Assembly: GCF_000025945.1 (NCBI RefSeq)
Contig: NC_006138.1
Coordinates: 2,310,001-2,342,000 of the forward strand
Length of the DNA: 32,000 nt
Source: Desulfotalea psychrophila LSv54
Lineage (GTDB): Bacteria; Desulfobacterota; Desulfobulbia; Desulfobulbales; Desulfocapsaceae
Direction: 5' to 3'
Below, in pieces: positions 8,752 to 17,299 of the stretch. Each line of letters opens with the position of its first letter. Position 1 is the stretch's first letter. The translations under genes and the position numbers were made by a program. The notes below the pieces were generated by a model. That model was not told where the DNA came from. It saw nothing but the letters and a program-made list of their open reading frames with translations, and searched no databases.

Positions 8752-9156
8752 GGTTATGATACCAATCTGTTATTTAGTAAAATTTTCACTTTATTAAAGT
8801 ACCAATATCATGCAACTTAGCGCTTTTTGAAAATCCGATTATTTTGCGTTTAAGACGCTTATAGCGTGGCGCCCATGTGTACCACAGGTACCCTTAAGAA
8901 CTCTTGCAGTATCACTAAGCAGCCATCATTGGCAGGAGCTGTATCTTTCGTTGCGAATCGGCTTCACAGGCGTAGTCTATCTGGAAGGTTCGCTTGCAAT
9001 CTGAACAACGAAATCTTTGATTTCCATTACTGCCCTTGCCGTGCCGCCTTACCTTATCAATACCACCGCAAAAACGGCAGGAACTTTTATTGTAACCATA
9101 TCAGAACCTTAAAAAAGTACACTATACCATCACTTCAACGTTTTGGCATCACGACC
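8752..9156 (-). mobile_element. Decayed IS1-family element (longest copy): IRL, frameshifted insA-like zinc-finger ORF, insB 3' end, IRR. Most of insB is deleted.
   Basis: The minus strand starts GGGTCGTGATGCCAAAACGTTGAAGTGATGG and ends ..CTAAATAACAGATTGGTATCATAACC. Translation gives SCRFCGGIDKVRRHGKGSNGNQRFRCSDCKRTFQ (compare IS1 InsA CPSC..[24 protein letters not shown], from memory). Near the other end it gives GFSKSAKLHDIG (compare IS1 InsB SFSKSVELHDKVIG). The ends resemble IS1 IRs GGTGATGCTGCCAACTTACTGATTTAGTG and AATAAGTTGGAGTCATTACC, from memory. Confidence 0.75.
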
Positions 9157-9277
9157 CGTTTGCCAGGCCTCACCTTCTGGGTACAAAATATACTTTCTTT
9201 AGCTGCCTTAAATAGATAATATTAGAGAGTGATCTTGGGAAATTTGAATTTTATATAAAACCTTTATCGTACTGAGA

Positions 9278-10402
9278 GTGTTCATGAAAACATTCATCTG
9301 GGACAAAACATTTACAACAGGAATTAGCAAGATTGATGAACAACACCATCATATTGTCGAAGTTATAAATAAATTCGTCTTTGCCTTTAGCGAAAACACC
9401 ATAGATAAGGACTTCATCTTGCACGTCTCCAAAGAACTTATGGACTATGCGCAAAATCATTTTAAAACAGAAGAAAAGATCATGCTGGCCGAGAAGTTAG
9501 ATCCACTTTTCATTTCTCAACATATAGACACACACAATGCTTTTAGCCAACAAATAAAAATTTTTACCACCAATCCTGATTTTACAAACCATAATTTTTT
9601 TCGTCAAATACTAGCTTTTCTCATCCATTGGCTGGATGACCATATACTCAATATTGATCAAAGCATGGCCAGGCAGATAACCGCCATAAAAAACGGTATA
9701 TCTCCAGCACTCGCCTATCGACAGGAGCAAGAGCAGAACACACGGCACAACGAACCACTTCTGCTGGCACTCAACCAACTCTTTGAAACCGTCTCCCTGC
9801 GCAACAACGAACTCAGCCAACTGAACCGAAATCTGGAACAGCAGGTACAGGAGCGAACGACAGAACTGCGAAAGGCCAACAGAGACCTGGAAAAAATATC
9901 CCAAACCGATCCCCTCACGGAACTTGCCAATAGACGTTATGCCATGGATCAAATACACCTGCTCTGGGACAAGTCCAAAATCGCCTCCCACCCTCTCTGT
10001 TGTTTTATAATAGATGTGGATTGCTTTAAGGAGGTAAATGACACCTATGGCCACGATGCAGGCGATCTTGTCCTCAAAAATATTGCCAAGATACTGGTTG
10101 ACTCGGTCCGGGCCAGAGATATTGTCTGCCGACTTGGCGGGGATGAATTTTTTATCATCTGTCCCAGGACACCTCTTAAGGAGGGGATGGAAATTGCCAG
10201 GAGAATCAGGAAAAATGTATCTCAGACAAAAACAGTCTTTGGCAACAATTATTGGCAGGGCTCCGTCAGCATCGGGGTAGCCTGTAATAACGAAGAAATC
10301 AACAAGGTCAGCGATCTGCTTAAGGCAGCAGATGAAGGTGCTTATATGGCAAAAAACGATGGTAGAAACTGCGTCCGCTCAAAAATGATAAAAATACGAT
10401 GA
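9278..10402 (+). CDS. Hemerythrin-like domain / coiled coil / GGDEF diguanylate cyclase
   Basis: N-terminal bacteriohemerythrin pattern (WDKTFTTGISKIDEQHHHIVEVINKF, HFKTEEKIM, HWLDDHILNID). A coiled-coil linker follows. GGDEF domain with RLGGDEFFII and DAGD. An alternative ATG start lies at 9284. Confidence 0.9.
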   Translation: MFMKTFIWDKTFTTGISKIDEQHHHIVEVINKFVFAFSENTIDKDFILHVSKELMDYAQNHFKTEEKIMLAEKLDPLFISQHIDTHNAFSQQIKIFTTNPDFTNHNFFRQILAFLIHWLDDHILNIDQSMARQITAIKNGISPALAYRQEQEQNTRHNEPLLLALNQLFETVSLRNNELSQLNRNLEQQVQERTTELRKANRDLEKISQTDPLTELANRRYAMDQIHLLWDKSKIASHPLCCFIIDVDCFKEVNDTYGHDAGDLVLKNIAKILVDSVRARDIVCRLGGDEFFIICPRTPLKEGMEIARRIRKNVSQTKTVFGNNYWQGSVSIGVACNNEEINKVSDLLKAADEGAYMAKNDGRNCVRSKMIKIR

Positions 10403-10487
10403 ACCCTGCTAAAAAGCTCGCCATATTAGCTCGAATTGGCTATCAAATAGGCAGATCGATAAGTAGCAGAATATGCATCCGGCTCGT

Positions 10488-10647
10488 GGTTGTGACGCAA
10501 TTTGTTATTTAGCAAACTGCTCGTTTTATATGTGCGATAACGTGCAGTTCGGTGCTTTTTGAAAATCCGATTGTTTTGCAATTGAGCCGTTTTATAGCCT
10601 TGTTCGCAAATTCAGATTATGCCGTTCAATGCGTTGCCATAGCTTCC
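10488..10647 (-). mobile_element. IS1-family deletion derivative (MITE-like), copy F, degenerate
   Basis: It starts GGTTGTGACGCAATTTGTTATTTAGC (inverted IRR type). Internally, GCTTTTTGAAAATCCGATTGTTTTGC is the reverse complement of 23545-23570. The right end GTTCAATGCGTTGCCATAGC is a degraded IRL type. Confidence 0.65.
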
Positions 10648-10752
10648 TCACAAGATGCTTTTCCCCAGGCAACTCAGCATAGCTCCCATGCGTACCATAG
10701 CCACTGTTGGATATTCCTGTTACCAACACGACCACACTACACCTACAACTGG

Positions 10753-11973
10753 TTATAGTTGTTCGTTTTCCCCAGATACATCCTCCTTCTCACCCGCCTC
10801 GTGCATTGCCTCAATAGCTCTCTCCACACTTTTGCGGACAGGGTCCACCGTCAGATAGGCATAGTGTGCCGTGGCCTGCTCTGACTTATGTCCCAGGGAA
10901 GCACCAATTATCTTTGTACTCGATCCTGATATTGCCTGCCAACTCCCCAATGTCCTGCGGATATCATGAAAACGATAACTTGTTGGTAATTCGGCATCTG
11001 CTAAGAATTTTTTCCATAGTCGCCGGGGTTCATTTATATGTCCTGTCTTACTTTTATGAGAGATAAAAACAAAGTCACCACCATACCTCTCCTTTCTCTT
11101 CGCAAGAATAGTGATAGCCTGACTGGCCAGAGGGATAACCATCGGCTCTGCATTTTTACTCTTATCAGCGGGTATAATCCATAACTGAGTTTTCAGGTCA
11201 ATTTCAGACCAGCGCATAGATCGAATATTTGCTTGACGAGCACCAGTATAAAGAGAGAGCAGGAGGTAATCTCGTAGGAGCTCATCTGTTGCTTCATGGT
11301 CAAGGCGGCTGAAGAATTGCTTTAAATGGTCCGAACCTAAAAACTCCGTTCGTTTTTTTTCCTTATACCGTTGCACCTTGCTGCATGGATTATCGATATT
11401 TGCAGCAGCCTTTCCAAAAATGGAGGAGAGTGTAACAAAAGCTCTATGTGCCATAGCGGTTGACAGACAGTCATTTCCTCGCTGTTTCTTCTGTTTAAGA
11501 AGAGCATTTCTCCAGGTCAGAATCACATCGGGAGTAATTTCACTAAGCTTTTTTTTCCCTAACCGTCGTTTTATATAAAGCTCATAGCGTCTCACCTCTT
11601 CAGGCCATCTCTTGATATTCAGCTTTGCATGGGTATTAAGCCAAATGTCAAAAACATCGTCGAGTGACTGCTCGGCCCGTTCCTGCTTTTTTCTCTCCTG
11701 TACATCAATACCTTTGGCAATATCCGACACTCGGGCAACCACAATGTCTCTGGCGTCGTTGATGGAAAGTTCAGGAAATTCACCCAAGTTTTCTTGCACC
11801 TCTTTTTTCTTGGAAGTGTCCCAGATACGAGCCCTCAATATCTTGCGGCCGTTTGCCTTCACTCTCAACATCAAACCCTTCATACCTGTGTCGAAAAAAT
11901 GAATATCCTTGCCCGTGGTATTCTGTATTTTTACCAATCTCGTCTTAGTAAAGTTAAATTTATTATCACTCAT
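10753..11973 (-). CDS. int: Tyrosine recombinase, P4-type genomic-island integrase
   Basis: 406 aa. The N-terminal arm-type region (LMLRVKANGRKILRARIW) reads like DUF4102. Catalytic residues: TGARQANI (R), HDIRRT (HxxR), GHKSEQATAHYAY (H..Y). Confidence 0.9.
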   Translation of the reverse strand: MSDNKFNFTKTRLVKIQNTTGKDIHFFDTGMKGLMLRVKANGRKILRARIWDTSKKKEVQENLGEFPELSINDARDIVVARVSDIAKGIDVQERKKQERAEQSLDDVFDIWLNTHAKLNIKRWPEEVRRYELYIKRRLGKKKLSEITPDVILTWRNALLKQKKQRGNDCLSTAMAHRAFVTLSSIFGKAAANIDNPCSKVQRYKEKKRTEFLGSDHLKQFFSRLDHEATDELLRDYLLLSLYTGARQANIRSMRWSEIDLKTQLWIIPADKSKNAEPMVIPLASQAITILAKRKERYGGDFVFISHKSKTGHINEPRRLWKKFLADAELPTSYRFHDIRRTLGSWQAISGSSTKIIGASLGHKSEQATAHYAYLTVDPVRKSVERAIEAMHEAGEKEDVSGENEQL

Positions 11974-12218
11974 CTTGGCATCACCTCTCTTAAAATCATA
12001 CCCAAATTACGGCCCAACCTAACTAGGCGTAGTCTTTAAATGTGGGACGGCTGTGGGACGGTAATGGGACGGTAAACGCCATTATTTTCCATTATTCCCC
12101 GTGTCCAATCGTGATAACAATAAGAGGGTTTTGCTTCCATGTCAATGTAATTGCGTCATAAAATTATCTGCGGTGATTTTGCGTGATTGCCTAGCGACTC
12201 CCTCGTAAAGCGTAGGCC

Positions 12219-12246
12219 AGCGGTTCGATCCCGCTTGTTGGCTCCA
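12219..12246 (+). other. tRNA 3'-end fragment (T-arm, acceptor strand, CCA): candidate att site / displaced tRNA 3' end
   Basis: AGCGG-TTCGATC-CCGCT is a perfect T-arm, followed by TGTTGGC-T-CCA. No matching 5' acceptor strand (GCCAACA) or anticodon arm could be folded in the 90 nt upstream. It is therefore a fragment, not a whole tRNA. Confidence 0.55.
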
Positions 12247-12254
12247 AGAAATGC

Positions 12255-12292
12255 AAGGACTTAAGAGATATTCTCTTAGGTCCTTTTTTTTT
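12255..12292 (+). terminator. Rho-independent terminator
   Basis: AAGGACTTAAGAGA-TAT-TCTCTTAGGTCCTT forms a 14-bp stem (one G-U pair) followed by a run of 9 T. It lies 8 nt after the tRNA-like CCA. Confidence 0.85.
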
Positions 12293-12688
12293 CCAGTTGA
12301 CTACATTTTTTAGAGCCTTATTTCCTTCCTATTATTTTTACTCGGTTTTATTTTCTAAACAAGCATTCCATTACTTCATTATGGCATTGCTTTTGTTCAA
12401 CCTCAAGCCCCAATATATTACTCCATTTCCCATGCCCTTGTCCTTCCTATCAGTTCTTGAATCTTTTTTAAGAAGATAAGCTGTTACATGGATAAGATGA
12501 CATTCTCAATACTTATCTGTTATAAGTATTTTACCGACTGCGTTGATGGAAGGAAAGACTTTCCAGAGGCGATATAAGTTGTTTTCCCATGATCTGAAAA
12601 TACTGCTTTACTTAGTATTTCAAAGCCTTAACTTTAGTTCCGTTAATAAGAAGGGATATTATAAAACTTGGCTCATGCTCGACTTGGT

Positions 12689-13191
12689 TTATGACGCTGG
12701 CTCTCGACAAGTCGATGGAAGCCATTCTAGTTTGAATGGTTGCACATTATTTGGTCCGCAGGTCCAGGTGATACTGCCTTCAGAGGTGGCATCACCTTCC
12801 ATTCTAATTTGACTGTGTTTATTACCGTCAATACGGAAATAGACATCCTTTTGTAACTTGGCCTCTATACGTACTTTCGGGCAGCCGGCTTTGACATTAC
12901 AGACCTCTCCCTTAACCTTCCTAACCCTAAGCCTTCGGATAGTGGGTGTTGTCTGAGTTAACAATATTTAAAGTCCGCGCGCTCAGCACCGTTGACGGGA
13001 AAGCGGTTATGTTCGGCATAAAACACGCTCAAATCATTTTTAGCCTTAGCAACTTCGGCTAACGGCTCTGTGACCTTAGCCCGAATGACATAGTCGCGAA
13101 GCAAAGGGAATGCGATGGCGGAGAGAATGCCGATGATTGCCACGACGATCATGATTTCGATCAGGGTGAATCCCTTTTGGGGTTGTTTCAT
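12689..13191 (-). pseudogene. Type IVa pilin (PilA-like) split into 77-aa and 91-aa ORFs by a frameshift/stop near 12958-12966
   Basis: N-terminal prepilin signature [24 protein letters not shown]. The second ORF ends with the pilin D-region ITWTCGPNNVQPFKLEWLPSTC. Combined length of about 168 aa is typical for a pilin. Confidence 0.7.
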
Positions 13192-13322
13192 CTCGGTTAT
13201 CCTTGCTTTCTTTAGCTATCTCTTTGATAGAAGTATTCTTTTAGCCTATAGAATCATTCTTATAAAGGCAATGAAAAAAAATTCCCCTCAGTCGTATATC
13301 TATCCTTAGTTGTATGATTTAT

Positions 13323-13420
13323 CCTTTCAAAAGATGATCCATCATCAGGTTATGACGGATTTCAAGTTTGGTGTCGAGGTCTTTGCCTGAGGTTTTACTC
13401 TCTTCACGCTGCCTGCCCCC
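13323..13420. repeat. Direct repeat DR1 (97 nt), about 88% identical to 14204-14300
   Basis: CCTTTCAAAAGATGATCCATCATCAGGTTATGACGGATTTCAAGTTTGG.. On the minus strand it reads as a gene 3' end: ..KDLDTKLEIRHNLMMDHLLKG-stop. Confidence 0.85.
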
Positions 13421-13560
13421 CTTCCCTGCCAGTTCACTTTCTCCACAGAATCACGACAAACCGATGAAGACCTGCAGAGACCATGCTGACAAATTCATAC
13501 AGACTATGTATGTTCACCGTGAAGCTGTTGATCTTATTCACGAAAAAAAATGGAGCAGGC

Positions 13561-14196
13561 ATGGCAGAGAAAGTGAAAGCATTTTGGCAAAAGCATGGCA
13601 CCGTCACAGCTTGTTTCGTAAATCTTGCTGTTATTATTGGGGTAATTTGTGCCACATTCACAAGCTCACCCGAAATACGTAGAGATATACTGGGAAGTTT
13701 CTCAGATCTGGGAACATGGATGGCAGGAGTTGGGACTATTGGGCTTTTAGTTGTTGCACTAAAAACAATAAATGACTGGAAAAAAAAACTACGTCATGAC
13801 ACTCTTTTTCAATGTATTGTCAAAATAAAATATGCCATAAGAGAATTAAAAATTCACAGTAAAATAATGACTGACACAGGATCTCCAGTCTTTAAATTTT
13901 CTTACGCACAATTCTACGAAACTCAACACAGCCATTTTCTTGCCCAAAAAAAACACTTCATTTCAATCAAAAAAAATATAGTGAAATTAGACATTATCTT
14001 ACAAAAAGAGGACCAGTCCATTGTCGAACTTGTTTCCATGGCAGAAAGCATGTATTCAGGTATCAGTTCCTTATTGCTAAATACTCCTAAAGAAATGCCA
14101 GACGAAACTCTAGCGTTTCATATGGAAAATTTTATCAATTCATATCCAAGCCTACTTGCTATAATTGAAGAAAGTATAAATAGTGATCTATTATAA
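13561..14196 (+). CDS. Hypothetical two-TM membrane protein with a cytoplasmic helical domain
   Basis: ATG at 13561 has a GGAG 6 nt upstream (the track start 13483 is less likely). Hydrophobic segments: VTACFVNLAVIIGVICATF and WMAGVGTIGLLVVAL. I recognise no family. Confidence 0.55.
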   Translation: MAEKVKAFWQKHGTVTACFVNLAVIIGVICATFTSSPEIRRDILGSFSDLGTWMAGVGTIGLLVVALKTINDWKKKLRHDTLFQCIVKIKYAIRELKIHSKIMTDTGSPVFKFSYAQFYETQHSHFLAQKKHFISIKKNIVKLDIILQKEDQSIVELVSMAESMYSGISSLLLNTPKEMPDETLAFHMENFINSYPSLLAIIEESINSDLL

Positions 14197-14203
14197 CACT
14201 CAC

Positions 14204-14300
14204 CCCTTCAAGAGATGATCCATCATCAGGTTATGGCGGATTTCAAGTTTGCTGCCGAGGTCTTTGCTTGAGGTTTTGCTCTCTTCAAGCTGCCTGCCCC
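14204..14300. repeat. Direct repeat DR2, partner of 13323-13420
   Basis: CCCTTCAAGAGATGATCCATCATCAGGTTATGGCGGATTTCAAGTTTGC.. The minus-strand reading is ..KDLGSKLEIRHNLMMDHLLKG-stop. Confidence 0.85.
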
Positions 14301-14393
14301 TTTCCAAACGAAAGATATACCAGGACCTGGTCTTAGGTTATATTTTCATATGCAGAGAGATTGTAATAAATATCAAAGACGGATCTTGAGGGA

Positions 14394-14568
14394 ATGATGA
14401 TGAACAAAAATATAGAACTATACGGGGTGAAGGTCGTTGCCCGACCTAAGATCAAGGCAGAGAAAAACCTCAATTTATCAGGGGGAAGCGGCAAACAGAT
14501 CGTAAAATCGGAAACAAAATTAGTTTTAAGAACACATAGGGCCTGTTAAAAAATTGGCTGATATGTAA
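14394..14568 (+). pseudogene. Decayed paralog of the 7086-7259 antitoxin, without a toxin partner
   Basis: MMMNKNIELYGVKVVARPKIKAEKNLNLSGGSGKQIVKSETKLVLRTH, then a premature TAA at 14547. The nucleotide homology (..AAAAAATTGGCTGATATGTAA) continues out of frame to 14568. Confidence 0.65.
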
Positions 14569-14897
14569 AAGAGAATAACATCTAAGTGCACTCAAGCTCA
14601 TCCTGATCATCCTCCTTGCCAAGCAAGGATACCCCTCTCTTTCCTCTCACGGACAGTGCTCTGGCATGGAGAATAGCCTTTTCTCTTCAATGCCCTAGCA
14701 TCTACCCTCACCTTCATAAATTGCTGTCTAAGCACATCTCCTACTCTTTGTTAGATACCACATAGTGGTACTCTGGAAAACGCCGCTCCTTGGCATCCCT
14801 GCCACCGCAGCATACCTCCCATCCATGGGCATAAAAACATAAAGAAAAAAGGTGGTTGCCATGTCCTAACAACTGCTGTACAAATTGTTTTAGCTGT

Positions 14898-15233
14898 TAA
14901 GATTGTGCTCTTAGAGGGGGGGGCGACTCTTCCCTCGCCCAACGGACCGACACCTTCAACATCGATGGACGAAAAGTTAAGGTAAGCTATCGCCAGACAG
15001 GCAGCACAATCAAAACCAAAGGTTTCATTAAGGGTGGTGCCCCCTGCAAGCAACTCAACGTCGACATCTTCTTGGACAACAGCAAAAAGGAAGACACTGC
15101 CCACACCGAGACAACGATCCGCCACTACAAACCCAAAGGCCGCAACTTCTCAGCAGAAAGAGAAACCTACCTGCATAAAAAATACCGCTCCGGCTGGTAC
15201 GTCAGCAACATCTATTTGCAGTGTATGAAGTAG
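14898..15233 (+). pseudogene. Start-less protein-like reading frame (about 110 codons), possible gene fragment
   Basis: The frame reads ..DTFNIDGRKVKVSYRQTGSTIKTKGFIKGGAPCKQLNVDIFLDNSKKEDTAHTETTIRHYKPKGRNFSAERETYLHKKYRSGWYVSNIYLQCMK-stop. There is no ATG/GTG/TTG near its 5' end. A G8 tract lies at 14916-14923, just upstream. Confidence 0.3.
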
Positions 15234-15254
15234 CACGCTAGGAAAGAAAATCGC

Positions 15255-15283
15255 CTAGCGGAAGGGGTTTCCCCTTCCGCTAG
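15255..15283 (+). other. Perfect 13-bp hairpin (no T tract)
   Basis: CTAGCGGAAGGGG-TTT-CCCCTTCCGCTAG, 22 nt after the stop of the start-less frame. Confidence 0.6.
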
Positions 15284-15465
15284 CATAACAATGCAATATT
15301 AGTAACAGGCCAGGATCTTTTACAAAATATAGATTACGCTGGGCACAACTTGCCTTGGGTCAAAACCCACAAAACCTAGCAGTTTATCCGCATAGGTACA
15401 TAAACATTGACAGAACAACCCACTATGGGTAACTACTTGACTGGAGCAAATTAAAGACATATCCT

Positions 15466-15843
15466 ATGAACAACCTAAAAAAATTTTGTGCTATCTGCTC
15501 CGAGGAACCAAAAAAAGTAGCAATAAACAGACAAGTTTCTTCAGACGCAAGTAACATATTAGGATTGCACACAAAAGAAGCAATAAAAGCCTTTGTTGGT
15601 GATGGTGGCATCGAAACACCAACATACATCAACTCTAAAATTTGGGAAAAAAACCCAAACCCAGAGAACAAAATGACTGTTTATGCTTACAGTTTCACTT
15701 CTTTGCACGAACAATTATATTTGGCTTTTTTCCACAATTACCTAACTGGTTTCTGGGTACTAAAATCATTGCATAAAACTAACAATCCCAACCCTACGCT
15801 TGGAAGTATATTTGATCAGAAAATGTTAAACCAAAACTTTTAA
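15466..15843 (+). CDS. Putative MqsR-like toxin
   Basis: 125 aa, located upstream of a zinc-ribbon/HTH protein (toxin-first order as in mqsRA). SDASNILGLHTKEAIKAF and VYAYSFTSLHEQLYLAFFHNYLTGFWVLKSLHK resemble the MqsR ..LYLKITV..LIVSFKEK C-terminus as recalled. The similarity is weak. Confidence 0.45.
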   Translation: MNNLKKFCAICSEEPKKVAINRQVSSDASNILGLHTKEAIKAFVGDGGIETPTYINSKIWEKNPNPENKMTVYAYSFTSLHEQLYLAFFHNYLTGFWVLKSLHKTNNPNPTLGSIFDQKMLNQNF

Positions 15844-15860
15844 GATCAGGAGAAATAGCT

Positions 15861-16481
15861 ATGACACAACTTACATGCCCCGCTTGCGGTTCTCATAACA
15901 TTACTCAACAAAAAGAAATAAAAAAAATATTCACCGATCACCTAGATAAAGAAACACATATAGAGACACTCTACGAAGAATGTCAAGAATGTGGAATGGA
16001 CGGAGAATTTTCTATAGATAATGATGAAATAATAAACAATGCCCTGGCTGATACTAGATCAGAAACTATATCTAAAATACTCACTGAACTATCAAATCAC
16101 CATAGCTTAGCTGGGATAGAAAGATCTCTTGATCTACCACAACGCACACTTAGCAAATGGAAAAACGGGACCAAGCCAACTCGATCCGGCACAACACTTG
16201 TAAAGTTAATTGCCATATTCCCTTGGTTAATTAAAATTGCACAAAGCAAATATAATCCTGAAAAAATGGCTGCAATATTTGGTCATGCTTGCGTCGATTA
16301 CCACCTAAATATGTCCAATGACAAACCTCCTTTCAATTCATTAAATTTTATTGGGGTTCAACAAAACAATATAAATATTAGCTTTACTGTTAATATTCAT
16401 AACGATTCAACAACACCAAAAGAATCAAAAAGAATCAACCAAACACAATCTGAACTTACTGTAAAAAGTTCTTTATCATAA
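15861..16481 (+). CDS. MqsA-like antitoxin: N-terminal zinc ribbon plus HTH, with a 70-aa C-terminal extension
   Basis: CPACGS..(32 aa)..CQECG zinc ribbon. LAGIERSLDLPQRTLSKWKNGTKPTRSGTTLVKLIAIFPWLIKIA parallels MqsA LTQKEAAEIFGGGVNAFSRYEKGNAQPHPSTIKLLRVLDKHPELL. An AGGAG RBS is present. Confidence 0.6.
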   Translation: MTQLTCPACGSHNITQQKEIKKIFTDHLDKETHIETLYEECQECGMDGEFSIDNDEIINNALADTRSETISKILTELSNHHSLAGIERSLDLPQRTLSKWKNGTKPTRSGTTLVKLIAIFPWLIKIAQSKYNPEKMAAIFGHACVDYHLNMSNDKPPFNSLNFIGVQQNNINISFTVNIHNDSTTPKESKRINQTQSELTVKSSLS

Positions 16482-16495
16482 AAAACAAGATTACT

Positions 16496-16936
16496 ATGAA
16501 AATCACAGATTTTATTATTTGCGAAGATATTCGCCATGAAGTAGGAGATCAATATTCCTTAATGGGAATACTAGAAACCCCCATGGTATTCTCCCAAGAA
16601 GAAAATGGAGAAAATTGGCCAAGAAGAATTGTCTTTTGCATGATGGTTAGAGTGCAAATTCCTCAAAATGGAATATATGAAAGCGTATCTTCATTATCTG
16701 TAACAATAAAAATAAATAAAGAAGAGACCCTCATTGGCAAACAAGAAATAGAAACTGAAAAGCTTTCAAGTAAAGATTCTTTTATCAGTTCTAGCGCCTA
16801 TGCAAAGATCAACAATATAGAAGCAAAAGGGCCTGGGCAATTAAGCGTCATTATAAGACTATACAATAGCAATAATGAATTACTAGAAGAACAGGAATCT
16901 CCAAGAAGCTTCCGCATTGAATTGGCAGAAAAATAA
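16496..16936 (+). CDS. Hypothetical protein (146 aa), third gene of the MqsRA-like operon
   Basis: Starts 14 nt after the previous stop. The beta-rich sequence is MKITDFIICEDIRHEVGDQYSLMGILE... No confident family assignment. Confidence 0.55.
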   Translation: MKITDFIICEDIRHEVGDQYSLMGILETPMVFSQEENGENWPRRIVFCMMVRVQIPQNGIYESVSSLSVTIKINKEETLIGKQEIETEKLSSKDSFISSSAYAKINNIEAKGPGQLSVIIRLYNSNNELLEEQESPRSFRIELAEK

Positions 16937-16946
16937 TAAGAAAAGC

Positions 16947-16976
16947 TAGTTGGGGTCTTTATTGAGATCCCAACTA
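16947..16976 (+). terminator. Terminator-like hairpin after the three-gene operon
   Basis: TAGTTGGGGTC-TTTATTGA-GATCCCAACTA forms an 11-bp stem (one G-U pair). The T tract is weak. Confidence 0.45.
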
Positions 16977-17299
16977 TCTAAATAAAAGCTAAAGTTTTTT
17001 TTAGTAAAAACAAATAATAATCCAGAGCCTTATTAAAAACGGAAAAAAACAAAACTGCACAAATACATACAGAGAAAATTCAAGATACTAGCAGTCCCTG
17101 CAACAAATACCTCGCGGCCAATGTGCTTACGCTCTGAAAGAGGATCTCATGAAAAATGCACCTTGTCTCTCACCTTTTTTTCCTGTATATCTAGATAAAT
17201 ATAAATTTTTTATATGTAAAAAAAGATGGCAAATGCCTGATTCTCTTTGAGAGGTTTTTCTCATTTTTTCATGATAGACGGATAAAATATTACCGATAG

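Noticed and set aside
8866-9219. 117-aa plus-strand ORF.
   Set aside because: - It lies inside the decayed IS1-family element, antisense to the InsA-like reading.
- Its C-terminus is just read-through of the inverted repeat.
9611-10054. 147-aa and 71-aa minus-strand ORFs inside the GGDEF gene.
   Set aside because: They are antisense to a gene with clear hemerythrin and GGDEF motifs.
12160-12246. Complete tRNA or tmRNA gene next to the integrase.
   Set aside because: - Only the T-arm, the 3' acceptor strand and CCA fold.
- There is no complementary 5' acceptor strand (GCCAACA), D-arm or 7-nt anticodon loop.
- The position where a tmRNA 5' end would lie is inside the integrase gene.
14751-15125. 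124-aa minus-strand ORF.
   Set aside because: - It is antisense to a more protein-like plus-strand frame.
- The sequence is odd (runs of F, C and W) and has no RBS.
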